A stretch of DNA of 24,000 nt from Bacillota bacterium (GTDB lineage Bacteria; Bacillota; Clostridia; Saccharofermentanales; Fastidiosipilaceae). Of the stretch, positions 6,744-15,886 are shown piece by piece; position 1 is the first letter of the stretch, and each line of letters begins with the position of its first letter. Under the pieces are notes generated by a model. That model had not been told where the DNA came from and did no database searches. It was given only the letters and a program-made list of their open reading frames with translations. The position numbers were made by a program, and so were the translations under genes. The stretch covers positions 3,412-27,411 of the forward strand of contig JAEZVR010000098.1 in the NCBI GenBank assembly GCA_023420715.1, read 5' to 3'.

Positions 6744-7999
6744 TATTTACCCTCAGTTGGGAAAAAGGTAGCCACCCGAATGACCTGCCAATTATCCTGG
6801 AATTCATTGATATTCTGACGAACAATGGCAAAAGACCTCACGGACTCAGTGATAAACTCGTTATCCCCAATCCAAATCGCGATTTTACGTTTAGTTGGAT
6901 CTACAATTTCTTCCCCTGTGTCCTGATGTCCCACGACACGGCGTGCAAAAACAACATCCCCGACTTTCAATTCACTACTGACCAAACTATTATTTGCGCT
7001 ATTGAGAACGGTTTCTCGCGTCGTGCCGCTTTCCCATATTTCCGCCTCCGTTGCAGGCAAAGAAACCCCATTCACATAGGCTGCATTCCTCAACACGCCC
7101 AAAATGTCTATACCATCGGTTGAAATGCCACCTTTTAAATATCGGCTTTGATCGTAGGCTAGAGCCGCTTTGGCAAACGTTTCCGCATCAGTTTTTGGCG
7201 GCGGTTGATCCAACCCCAAAAGACGCACACCAGCATGCTGAATCCAGCCCTCTTTTAAATCTGGGAGTGCGACTCGATAGATGTCATTTTCTGCATAAAG
7301 GACATATAAAATCGTCCCTTGCTTCGCTTGAACCATCACATTCCCACTATATGCATGGGTCATAATATTGACATCAGCATCTGTCACAATCAGCCTCATA
7401 TCGTACAGTGATGGCTCGATTGCACGCATATCCTTACTGACAGCCGCAGATGTCACGTATCCGGATTCTCCATTTAAGAGCTGGACATGATAGAAGGATG
7501 GTTTTTCAGTCAGTTGTTCATCCGAAACAGATTCTGGAAACAGTTGAACAGGCGTATTTAATAGAACTTGTGTGATGGGTTCACTTTTAATATCCGGTTC
7601 ACGATATAAGGTAACAACGGATTGGCTAATGACGCGGACATCACTGCCATATATGCTATTTCTGTCTACATCCACTGGTCTTTGATCCAATGAATAGCTC
7701 ATCAGTTTTTCCAGCACAAAAGGGCCTAACCAAAAAACGAAGAGCAGAATAATGCATAGACCGATCAACGGAAAGAGCCATATGGGCCGTTTATGCGCCT
7801 GGGATTCAGATAACACATTGAATCGGCTGACAAATGCCTTTTGTTGTCGCTCTGCCTCCTCCTGAGAAAGCTGATTTTCATAATGATACAACTTGGATGC
7901 CACATCTGAAGCGTTATCCATTTTGGCATAATCTTCTACAGAAACCTGATAATCTGCCTTGGGCTGTGACCAGTGGTCGTAACGTTGCCTACGTTTCAT
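6743..7999 (-). CDS. Membrane-anchored envelope protein: SH3b-like repeats plus a C-terminal NlpC/P60-like domain lacking the catalytic triad
   Basis: The start is set at ATG 7999 ('MKRRQRY') with GGAGG upstream. There is one TM ('IWLFPLIGLCIILLFVFWLGPFVL') and beta-rich SH3b-like segments. The C-terminus follows the NlpC/P60 pattern ('YLKGGISTDGIDILGVL', 'LKVGDVVF', 'KIAIWIGDNEFITES') with Cys/His/His replaced by Ile/Lys/Thr. Confidence 0.7.
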   Translation of the reverse strand: MKRRQRYDHWSQPKADYQVSVEDYAKMDNASDVASKLYHYENQLSQEEAERQQKAFVSRFNVLSESQAHKRPIWLFPLIGLCIILLFVFWLGPFVLEKLMSYSLDQRPVDVDRNSIYGSDVRVISQSVVTLYREPDIKSEPITQVLLNTPVQLFPESVSDEQLTEKPSFYHVQLLNGESGYVTSAAVSKDMRAIEPSLYDMRLIVTDADVNIMTHAYSGNVMVQAKQGTILYVLYAENDIYRVALPDLKEGWIQHAGVRLLGLDQPPPKTDAETFAKAALAYDQSRYLKGGISTDGIDILGVLRNAAYVNGVSLPATEAEIWESGTTRETVLNSANNSLVSSELKVGDVVFARRVVGHQDTGEEIVDPTKRKIAIWIGDNEFITESVRSFAIVRQNINEFQDNWQVIRVATFFPTEGK

Positions 8000-8408
8000 C
8001 TTGTCCTCCAAAGCACAAAAGTGTGCATAAAGCGACACAGTAATCTTTTTCATGAGATAAGGAAACACTCAAGGCAAAACCATTCAAACGTTCATAACAG
8101 AGACTTGCCTGACCAGCAAGCCGAACTTCCAATGCGCCCATGGCATCCGGCAAAATTTCAATCTGTTGAAAATCTGGACGATTTTTGCCACAAAGACCTG
8201 TACCAAGGGCCTTGCCTACGGCTTCCTTCAAAGCAAAGCGTCCACCTAAAAAGCGAATTTGCTCATGCCCGCTACGCTGTGCAAAAAGGGTTTGCTCTGC
8301 AGGCGTCAACAATCGCAAAACAGCCCTCTGTCCCCTTTTTTCGAGCATGCGCTGAATGCGTGGCAGATGGAGCAAATCAATGCCATTTTTTACCCTAAAT
8401 GTTTGCAT
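7989..8408 (-). CDS. acpS: Holo-[acyl-carrier-protein] synthase (4'-phosphopantetheinyl transferase)
   Basis: 'GIDLLHLPRI' near the N-terminus, 'FLGGRFALKEAVGKALGTG' and 'SLSHEKDYCVA' are the characteristic AcpS motifs. The start is set at ATG 8408, 8 nt after the dnaI stop. The 3' end overlaps the next gene by 11 nt. Confidence 0.85.
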   Translation of the reverse strand: MQTFRVKNGIDLLHLPRIQRMLEKRGQRAVLRLLTPAEQTLFAQRSGHEQIRFLGGRFALKEAVGKALGTGLCGKNRPDFQQIEILPDAMGALEVRLAGQASLCYERLNGFALSVSLSHEKDYCVALCTLLCFGGQDET

Positions 8409-8416
8409 GGTCTTGC

Positions 8417-9430
8417 CTATTTTACAGAAGGTCGTTTTAGGTCTTGCCAATTAAACGTAACCATATCGTACCAATCAAAAATTTTCGAAGCAAATCGCTC
8501 ACCATAGCGCTCACTAAGTCCTTTTAACTGATAACTGGTCGTCATTAAAGTCGCTAATCCTGCCTGATGACGAACAGAAAGGAGATCCAACCAAAGATTA
8601 ACGCCCTGTTCTCCTTCTAGATGTTCAAACCCAAAATCATCAATGACTAAGGCATCCACTTTTTTAAATAAATCAATTCTTTGGCTGAGTGCTCTTAAAC
8701 GATTGAGATCTGGTTGAAAACTTCTAGACAAGATTTGACGTTGATTCATTGTATCCATGATCTCAGCGGCAGAGACAAAGCATGCCGGAACCCATTCCGA
8801 ATCATGCCATAATTGCTCGCACAGCACATTTGCCAAGAAAGATTTTCCCGTTCCTGGTTTTCCCAAAATGATCCATTCACTTCTTTGAGGATCTTTTCCC
8901 CAAACTTTTCGCAAATGGCGGTGTATTTTGAGATATTGTTCTTTTGGCGATAAGCCATGACTTTTATCCGCCGAAAACAGACTCAGTCGATAGGTTTGCA
9001 AGCAATCTGGATAAGGCACATTCGACATCAGATACTGATATAAACGCCGCTTATAAAAGATGCGCACACAGGTGCAAATTTCACCCATCCGAACACCTTT
9101 ATCATTGCAAAGTGGACAATAGGGAGAAAATAGATCTTCTTCTGGCGGCAATTGATGCTGATCTAAAAAACTGGAAAGTTCTTTTTTTGCTTGATGATAG
9201 ACGTGCAAAGCAGCTGTTTTTTCTCGACTATCCTGCCACAGATCTGGCTTACTGTACGCCATGTCAATCAAAGCGACAGCTGTTTGGCGCACATGCTTTT
9301 CTAGATCGGCATAGCTCGGATACGCTTGTAGAATGGCTGCTTTTTGAGCCTGAGCCTGCTGTTGTTTTAGCGAAACAGCAGCTGACCAATCCGCTTTTGC
9401 AGATTCCAAAACATCTTCAAGCCACAGCAT
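8417..9430 (-). CDS. dnaI: Primosomal helicase loader DnaI (AAA+ ATPase)
   Basis: N-terminal Cys-rich zinc module ('CPLCNDKGVRMGEICTCV'), Walker A 'GKPGTGKSF' and Walker B 'LVIDDFG'. GGAGG lies upstream, and the ATG is 3 nt after the dnaB stop. Confidence 0.85.
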   Translation of the reverse strand: MLWLEDVLESAKADWSAAVSLKQQQAQAQKAAILQAYPSYADLEKHVRQTAVALIDMAYSKPDLWQDSREKTAALHVYHQAKKELSSFLDQHQLPPEEDLFSPYCPLCNDKGVRMGEICTCVRIFYKRRLYQYLMSNVPYPDCLQTYRLSLFSADKSHGLSPKEQYLKIHRHLRKVWGKDPQRSEWIILGKPGTGKSFLANVLCEQLWHDSEWVPACFVSAAEIMDTMNQRQILSRSFQPDLNRLRALSQRIDLFKKVDALVIDDFGFEHLEGEQGVNLWLDLLSVRHQAGLATLMTTSYQLKGLSERYGERFASKIFDWYDMVTFNWQDLKRPSVK

Positions 9431-9433
9431 CGC

Positions 9434-10405
9434 TCAATCCTCCAGAGATTCAATATTCACGAGCAAGGCATCGAAATCTGCCTGCGTATAAGTTCGCTCT
9501 TCGTAAGCACGTTTGGCACGGTCGGATCTACGAACTGGATGATGATTCGTTTGTTTCGGGCGACTTTCTGCTGCTAGAATATCAGCCATCGTCTGTAAAC
9601 CTGCCAAATGCCATTTTTCCAAAATGCGATGGACGTAATTCAACTGAGGCCTGGCTGCGCCGCCAAGCTTATCCAAAGCCAGCTGAATGACCGCCTCGTC
9701 ATACCCCCAATCGTCCATCCAAATTTTAACCGCCTTTAAGTCGGCCTCAATAACTTGTCGACCTAAAGCTTTTGCCACCTTCTTAGCCATGCGACGCAAT
9801 GCAGCATTTTCGTTCAAAAAAGCATCTAAATCCGCAAATGACACAATGCCTCTTAAATGCCAAGCTTCGGCAATGCTTGCCGCATAACTCACGACCAATT
9901 TATTTCGATTCGCACAGTCTTGAATCAAGGCATAAATAACCCCATCTTCAAACTGATATTGAAATTTCATTTTATCGATTAAATCCACCCACCCGCGGTT
10001 TAAGATACCGCTAAAAAATGTTTTAGCAATAGAATCGATTACTGCTTTTAATTGACCTCTCAAAACATCGTATTGGCCTTTTTTCTCTGCATGCACTTCC
10101 GCTTGCCGCTCAAGCTGACTTTGATGAAGGTCTCTTAAATCTGCCAAGACAATCTGTCCTGCATCATCCTTGATCAAACCGAGTTCAACCAGAGATTGCC
10201 AGGCCAGTTTAAGCGCCTCTCCTTTGAGTTGACAGCGCACCAAGTAAGATTGGTCATCCAGTTGTTCCCCGCGTAAACTGGCACGTTGTAGAAAAAGGTA
10301 GAGTTTAACGGCATCGCCGCTGAGGCAACTAAAATAGTCATCCACAAAAAAAGCTGGTATATCGAGCTGCTCAAACAAATAATGTGAGGCTTTAGTGACT
10401 TTCAT
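9434..10405 (-). CDS. dnaB: Replication initiation/helicase co-loader, Bacillus-type DnaB (DnaD-like domains)
   Basis: Two DnaD-like C-terminal repeats ('YAASIAEAWHLRGIVSFADL' and 'YVHRILEKWHLAGLQTMADI'), directly upstream of dnaI as in Bacillota. The start is set at ATG 10405 ('MKVTKA'), which is preceded by GGGAG. Confidence 0.75.
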   Translation of the reverse strand: MKVTKASHYLFEQLDIPAFFVDDYFSCLSGDAVKLYLFLQRASLRGEQLDDQSYLVRCQLKGEALKLAWQSLVELGLIKDDAGQIVLADLRDLHQSQLERQAEVHAEKKGQYDVLRGQLKAVIDSIAKTFFSGILNRGWVDLIDKMKFQYQFEDGVIYALIQDCANRNKLVVSYAASIAEAWHLRGIVSFADLDAFLNENAALRRMAKKVAKALGRQVIEADLKAVKIWMDDWGYDEAVIQLALDKLGGAARPQLNYVHRILEKWHLAGLQTMADILAAESRPKQTNHHPVRRSDRAKRAYEERTYTQADFDALLVNIESLED

Positions 10406-10432
10406 GAACGCTCCCATTTACGAAATGTTTTT

Positions 10433-10441
10433 ATTATATCA
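10433..10441 (-). promoter_or_regulatory. Candidate extended -10 promoter (TGATATAAT) of the dnaB-dnaI-acpS operon
   Basis: The minus strand reads tgatataat (TGnTATAAT) about 28 nt upstream of the ATG at 10405. Confidence 0.45.
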
Positions 10442-10480
10442 CGTGGCCTACGCTGCGTATCTCCTAACCGTTATCCGGAG

Positions 10481-10520
10481 AATTAAAAAGGGTTCCCTCC
10501 AACCCTTGGAGCGAACCCTT
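10481..10520 (-). terminator. Rho-independent terminator of the PFOR gene
   Basis: aagggttc-c-ctccaa (ccc) ttggag-c-gaaccctt forms 14 bp with a 1x1 internal loop. On the minus strand it is followed by a T-run (complement of aattaaaaa). Confidence 0.7.
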
Positions 10521-10555
10521 CTGTTTAAAGATTATTGAGGCGATTAAACTCGGTA

Positions 10556-13500
10556 TTATGCCTCTTTGCCTGCCATACGCAGATAGCTCTTATAACGATA
10601 TTCTGCATCTTTTCTGGCTTTTTCGAGCATCTTGGCCGCAACTTCCTTATCGTTTTTCTTGGCCAATGAGGTGTAGCGGACTTCTTTCATTAGGAAGGCT
10701 TCTAACTCATCATACTTAGGTTCTTTGGAATCTAAGGTGAAAGGATTCTTGCCCTGCTCTTCCAGACGTGGATCGAAGCGATACAGATGCCAATAACCAC
10801 ATGCAACTGCATCACGTTCACGCTCTTGACCAAAGCGCAAGCCACCTTTAATACCGTGATTAATACAAGGCGCATAGGCAATGACCAAGGATGGGCCTTC
10901 GTAAGACTCTGCTTCCAAAATGGCTTTTAAGGTTTGTGTCTGGTTTGCGCCCATGGCAATTTGTGCGACATAGACATAACCATAAGACATTGCCATCATA
11001 CCCAAGTCTTTTTTGCGGATATTTTTACCACCGGCAGCAAACTGAGCAACAGCACCTGTTGGTGTTGATTTGGACGCCTGACCACCTGTATTAGAGTAAA
11101 CCTCTGTATCAAAGACCAAGACATTGACATTTTCACCAGAAGCCAAAACGTGATCCAAACCACCGTATCCAATGTCATAAGCCCAGCCGTCACCGCCGAG
11201 GATCCACGTGGAACGCTTGCTGAGATAGGCTTCATTCTGAACAATGGTATCGACCAATTGTTGAACCTGTGCATCATTTGTTTTGATCTGCTTAACCGCT
11301 TCTACCAAGGTTGCACCGGCTTGAACCGTTTTATCATTGTCATCTTTTTCGCTCAACCAAGTTTCGACAGCTGGTTGAAGATCAGAAACAGATTCTGCCA
11401 AATGCTTAACATCACGTGTCAAACGATCTCTCAGAACCTTAGCTGCCAAATGCATGCCCAACCCGTGTTCAGCATTGTCTTCAAACAAGGAGTTTGCCCA
11501 AGCTGGACCACGGCCAAACTCATCTGTTGTATAGGGGTTACTTGGCGCAGAACCACCCCAAATCGAGGAACAACCTGTGGCATTCGAGATTTGCATCCGG
11601 TTGCCGAATAATTGCGTGACCAATTTAGCATAAGGTGTTTCACCACAACCGGCACAAGCGCCCGAGAATTCCAAATATGGCAATTCAAACTGACTGCCCT
11701 TGATCATATTTTTCTTCATTGGGTTCGCCTTGCGCGGCAAGCGAATCATGTATTCCCAATTGTCTGCTTCATCGAAGTGTTCTTCGAGTGGCATCAACAC
11801 CAGCGCTTTTTCTTTAGCTGGACAGGTTTGTACACAAGAGGCACAGCCTGTACAGTCAAGTGCAGAAAGCTGAATGCGGAATTTGTATTGATCATATGGC
11901 TTCATGCCGTTGATGACTTTTGCAGTTTCCGGTGCTTGAGCGGCTTCTTCTTCTGTCAACAAGAAGGGGCGAATAACCGCATGCGGACAGACCAGCGAAC
12001 ATTGGTTACATTGAATACAATTTTCGGGCAACCAAATCGGGATTGTTGTTGCGATCGCACGTTTTTCATATTGGCTGGTTCCCATTGGGAAGTGACCATC
12101 TTCACGATCAACAAACATACTCACTGGCAGGCTATCACCGTTTTGGGCATTCATGACATCTGCAATATCTGCAATGAAGTCAGGCACATCGCGTTTAATC
12201 GGTGCATCATCTTTGGCGTTTTTCCATTCGGCAGGTACCGTCACCTGAACGATGTTATTGACACCGGCATCCACAGCACCATTATTCATGTTGACAATCT
12301 CATCACCCTTATGGCCATAAGATTTCAAAATTGCTTTTTTCATGTGCCCAACAGCTTCCTCAATCGGAATAATATTGGTCAACTTGAAGAAAGCGGCCTG
12401 CATCACCGTGTTGGTGCGATTGCCAAGACCTAATTCTGTGGCAATGTGAACAGCATCAATAATATAGAACTGAATCTCTTTTTCAGCCAAAGTACGCTTC
12501 ATATCAGCGGGTAAATGCTCGCCAATCTCATCAGCTTTCCAAAGTGTATTGAGCAAGAATGTACCGCCTGGTTTGAGCGCACTCAACATATCGTATTTAA
12601 AGACATAAGACTGGTTAGAACATGAAACGAAATCAGCCTTGCTAATGAGGTAGGGCGAATGGATGGGTTTAACACCAAAGCGCAAGTCAGACATGGTAAC
12701 CCCACCTGACTTTTTGGAGTCATAGGAGAAATAGGCCTGTGCATACATATCGGTGTTGTCGCCGATGATCTTAATCGAGTTTTTATTGGCACCAACGGTA
12801 CCGTCAGAACCCAAGCCCCAGAAACGGCAACTGGTTGTACCTTCGTCTGCCATATCTGCAGTTTCTTCAACTGGCAAAGACAAATGCGTCACGTCATCGA
12901 TAATTGAAAGCGTAAAGCCTGTCTTAGGCTGATCACTGCGCAGGTTTTTAAAGACAGCCAAAATATCATCCGGCGTCGTATCTTTTGAGCCCAAGCCAAA
13001 GCGACCACCAACAATTTGAGGTGCATTTGCCATGCTTGCGCAAGCTGCAACAACATCCAAATAGAGAGGCTCACCAATTGCACCGGGTTCTTTTGTGCGG
13101 TCGAGCACTGCAATTTTTTCAACGGACTTAGGCAGCGCTGCCAAGAAACGATCTGTCGCAAATGGACGATACAAGTGAACATTGACCAAACCGACATGTT
13201 CGCCACGAGCGTTTAAGAAGTCGACCGTTTCCATCACGGTATCGCAAATTGCACCCATTGCCACAATCACACGATCGGCGTTCGGATCACCATAGTAGTT
13301 AAACAACTGGTAATCGCGTCCTGTCAATTGGTTCATTTCGTGCATGTATTTTTCCACAATAGCAGGGATCGCCAAATAGTAAGGGTTGCAGGCTTCGCGT
13401 GCCTGGAAGAAAATATCTGGATTTTGCGCGGTACCACGCTGAACAGGCGTTTCCGGATTTAAAGAACGCTTGCGGAAAGCTTGTAAAGCATCATAATCCA

Positions 13501-14089
13501 CCAAGCTTGCAAAATCTTCGTATGATTGAACTTCAATTTTTTGAATTTCGTGTGATGTTCTAAACCCATCGAAGAAATGCATAAAGGGCACACGGCCTTT
13601 AATGGCTGCCAAATGCGCAACAGCAGCCAAATCTGTGACCTCTTGAACACTTGATGAGGCCAATAAAGCAAAACCGGTTTGGCGAGCGGACATCACGTCT
13701 GAATGATCGCCAAAAATAGACAAAGCATGAGATGCCAATGCACGTGCTGAGACGTGGAAAACGCCGGGCAACAATTCACCAGCGATTTTGTACATGTTGG
13801 GGATCATTAACAACAAACCTTGGGAAGCTGTATAGGTGGTTGTCAGTGCCCCAGTTGCCAACGAACCATGAACGACACCCGCTGCGCCGCCCTCGGACTG
13901 CATTTCGATCACATCTACAGTGGTGCCAAAAATATTTTTCCGGCCAGCCTGTGCCCATTGATCCACATGATCTGCCATCGGGGACGAGGGCGTGATAGGG
14001 TAGATCCCGGCGACCTCGGTAAACGCATAGGAGGTATAAGCAGCTGCTTCATTACCATCCATGGTCTTGAAAATCTTTGTTTTCGCCAT
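10556..14089 (-). CDS. nifJ: Pyruvate:ferredoxin (flavodoxin) oxidoreductase, single-polypeptide PFOR
   Basis: ~1177 aa with two ferredoxin-type clusters ('CIQCNQCSLVCPH', 'CTGCASCVQTCP') and a TPP-binding 'GGDGWAYDIGYGGLDHV' motif. The N-terminus 'MAKTKIFKTMDGNEAAA' is typical. The start is set at ATG 14089 with AAAGGAGAG upstream. Confidence 0.95.
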   Translation of the reverse strand: MAKTKIFKTMDGNEAAAYTSYAFTEVAGIYPITPSSPMADHVDQWAQAGRKNIFGTTVDVIEMQSEGGAAGVVHGSLATGALTTTYTASQGLLLMIPNMYKIAGELLPGVFHVSARALASHALSIFGDHSDVMSARQTGFALLASSSVQEVTDLAAVAHLAAIKGRVPFMHFFDGFRTSHEIQKIEVQSYEDFASLVDYDALQAFRKRSLNPETPVQRGTAQNPDIFFQAREACNPYYLAIPAIVEKYMHEMNQLTGRDYQLFNYYGDPNADRVIVAMGAICDTVMETVDFLNARGEHVGLVNVHLYRPFATDRFLAALPKSVEKIAVLDRTKEPGAIGEPLYLDVVAACASMANAPQIVGGRFGLGSKDTTPDDILAVFKNLRSDQPKTGFTLSIIDDVTHLSLPVEETADMADEGTTSCRFWGLGSDGTVGANKNSIKIIGDNTDMYAQAYFSYDSKKSGGVTMSDLRFGVKPIHSPYLISKADFVSCSNQSYVFKYDMLSALKPGGTFLLNTLWKADEIGEHLPADMKRTLAEKEIQFYIIDAVHIATELGLGNRTNTVMQAAFFKLTNIIPIEEAVGHMKKAILKSYGHKGDEIVNMNNGAVDAGVNNIVQVTVPAEWKNAKDDAPIKRDVPDFIADIADVMNAQNGDSLPVSMFVDREDGHFPMGTSQYEKRAIATTIPIWLPENCIQCNQCSLVCPHAVIRPFLLTEEEAAQAPETAKVINGMKPYDQYKFRIQLSALDCTGCASCVQTCPAKEKALVLMPLEEHFDEADNWEYMIRLPRKANPMKKNMIKGSQFELPYLEFSGACAGCGETPYAKLVTQLFGNRMQISNATGCSSIWGGSAPSNPYTTDEFGRGPAWANSLFEDNAEHGLGMHLAAKVLRDRLTRDVKHLAESVSDLQPAVETWLSEKDDNDKTVQAGATLVEAVKQIKTNDAQVQQLVDTIVQNEAYLSKRSTWILGGDGWAYDIGYGGLDHVLASGENVNVLVFDTEVYSNTGGQASKSTPTGAVAQFAAGGKNIRKKDLGMMAMSYGYVYVAQIAMGANQTQTLKAILEAESYEGPSLVIAYAPCINHGIKGGLRFGQERERDAVACGYWHLYRFDPRLEEQGKNPFTLDSKEPKYDELEAFLMKEVRYTSLAKKNDKEVAAKMLEKARKDAEYRYKSYLRMAGKEA

Positions 14090-14150
14090 ATTTCTCTCCT
14101 TTTTTGTGCACTTTATCAGGTTTCCCTTCAAAAGCTAAACAGATGTTGTA

Positions 14151-14159
14151 AGTATAGCA
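14151..14159 (-). promoter_or_regulatory. Candidate extended -10 promoter element (TGCTATACT) for PFOR
   Basis: The minus strand reads tgctatact about 62 nt upstream of the ATG at 14089. Confidence 0.4.
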
Positions 14160-14266
14160 CAGTTTTTTTGTTCGACGCACGACAATCCCCTTGCATCAGC
14201 AGCCAACTCTGTGCAAACGCTACTTATTGTTATAGTCAACTTTTCATCGCTGTGAAGTGACATCTA

Positions 14267-15670
14267 TCACGATTCAGTCAATTCACCGTCCGAACTCGGT
14301 TCCACCTGATCTGGAAAGGTATCATATGCATGTATTGGTATATGCGTAACCGCATTGCGCGACATCACATTTTCCACACGTGCTTTTGCATCCGTCAACA
14401 ACTTCGGCAATTCGGTAATATCTGGCAGATAATTTGATGGATTTGCAATGCCCAAATTAATCGGTACCGGATGATCTAAATTGCGCATGGGATCATTGCT
14501 GATCCGATTCTTATGATTGTAATAGGCAATATAGCCTGCATCACGGATACGGGCTTTTTGATTCGGTTGCTTTTCGATGGTCACCGTTGCAAAAAGTCCA
14601 TCCTCTGCATAACCATTTGAATCCTCCGTGCTAAAAGTCTGATCAGACAAGAAATTGCCAACAGAATAAAAACACAGCATATTATGGGAACCATCCTCAG
14701 AAGGCACCGTTTCGATCGGATTAATCACATGAGGACCACAAGCGAAAACCAAGTCTACACCTTGATTTGCCAAAAACTGCGCATACCGCCTATCCCACGG
14801 TGCTGGATTCGTGCTGTATTCTCTACCCCAATGCATGATAAAAACGAGCAAATCTGGCGATGCTGCCTTCATTTCTTGAATCCGCTGAGCCATTTTTTCT
14901 TTTGAAGCAGTCGTAAAATCCTCTGGTGTGGTTTGCTGACTAAAGCTATCAATCAAAGCCACATCTTCTTCTGACATCGGAATGCCATTTAATCCAGGTG
15001 TTTCTCGATGCTCGCCTTGCCGAACCGTTTCATACGTATAAGCGCTGATGGCCACCTTAATGCCGTTCAGATCTTTCAATAAAAACGTTGGATCATCCAC
15101 AGATTTGCGCGAACCGACGGTATCCATGCCCATACCTTGAATGACGGCATTCGTCCGCTTAATCCCAGCTGTTCTGCGATCCAACATGTGATTGTTTGCC
15201 GTAATCGCACAGTCAAAACCTGCATTTTTTAAAGCCTGGGCAATTGCGTCTGGCGCGGCAAATAGCGGATAACCCGAAAAACCCGATTCCGCCAACGTCC
15301 CTTCCATATCAAATATGGCGTAATCTAATTTCTCGGCTTCTGGTGCAACATACTTAAACATGTAATCGTAGTTATATGTACCGTCTGGTTGTTCCCCACC
15401 ATTCAAAACCGCATCGTGCATCAAAATATCACCAACCATCCCGATTCTGGCCACACGTGATTTTTCTGGTTCAGTCGGCGCAGATGTTGTAGATGATGTC
15501 ACTTGCGGAACAGATTCGACGGCGACCGCCTGAGACCCTGACGCAGCCCACTCCGCACGCGGCGGAATTAAATTCTGACATCCAGTCAATAAAAAAAACC
15601 CGATAAACGCCAACACGGACAGGGTTTTGCCTAATCGTCGTATTTTTCGCCAAAAACTGCTCTTTTCCAT
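14267..15670 (-). CDS. CapA-family (PGA_cap metallophosphatase-like) lipoprotein
   Basis: Signal peptide with lipobox 'LLTGC' and a Ser/Thr-rich linker. 'ARIGMVGDILMHD', 'ITANNHMLD' and 'HWGREY' match the CapA/metallophosphoesterase pattern. No capB/capC genes are adjacent. Confidence 0.8.
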   Translation of the reverse strand: MEKSSFWRKIRRLGKTLSVLAFIGFFLLTGCQNLIPPRAEWAASGSQAVAVESVPQVTSSTTSAPTEPEKSRVARIGMVGDILMHDAVLNGGEQPDGTYNYDYMFKYVAPEAEKLDYAIFDMEGTLAESGFSGYPLFAAPDAIAQALKNAGFDCAITANNHMLDRRTAGIKRTNAVIQGMGMDTVGSRKSVDDPTFLLKDLNGIKVAISAYTYETVRQGEHRETPGLNGIPMSEEDVALIDSFSQQTTPEDFTTASKEKMAQRIQEMKAASPDLLVFIMHWGREYSTNPAPWDRRYAQFLANQGVDLVFACGPHVINPIETVPSEDGSHNMLCFYSVGNFLSDQTFSTEDSNGYAEDGLFATVTIEKQPNQKARIRDAGYIAYYNHKNRISNDPMRNLDHPVPINLGIANPSNYLPDITELPKLLTDAKARVENVMSRNAVTHIPIHAYDTFPDQVEPSSDGELTES

Positions 15671-15886
15671 CTGAATGACCTCACTTAGGACTTAACATGA
15701 CATCGTTTTACTATTTTACCATCCAAAAAAACAGATCTATATTGTGATTTGACACCTTGACGCCCATTTTTTCTTTTTCTAATCTCATATTATTAGCCTC
15801 TACTTGTATGGATTAGCAGAACCAAATTCAGGTTTGCATCATCGGGTACATTGGCCCAGACTTTGGAAAGACGAAAGGAAATGATT

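Noticed and set aside
8944-9690. 248-aa TTG-initiated ORF antisense across the dnaI/dnaB junction.
   Set aside because: It has a TTG start without an SD, is entirely antisense to two well-supported genes and shows no recognisable domain.
10461-10480. DnaA-box-like ttatccgga and a 5-bp hairpin (tctcc/ggaga) upstream of the dnaB-dnaI operon.
   Set aside because: It is a single 7/9 match to TTATCCACA with no clustering, so it is not enough to call a DnaA-binding region.
11612-12433. 273-aa ORF antisense inside the PFOR gene, plus other internal ORFs between 10891 and 14260.
   Set aside because: PFOR is continuous and motif-complete on the minus strand. The antisense translation has no recognisable motifs and is Cys/Phe/His-rich. 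I treat it as a shadow ORF.
15671-15886. I looked for a TPP (THI-box) or other riboswitch in the ~95-nt leader of the NMT1/SsuA-like binding-protein gene, and for a small ORF (16 codons from ATG 15697).
   Set aside because: No CUGAGA/ACCUGAUCUGGAUAAUGCCAGCG-type TPP core or other riboswitch core that I recognise is present. The small ORF has only a weak AGGA and no other support.
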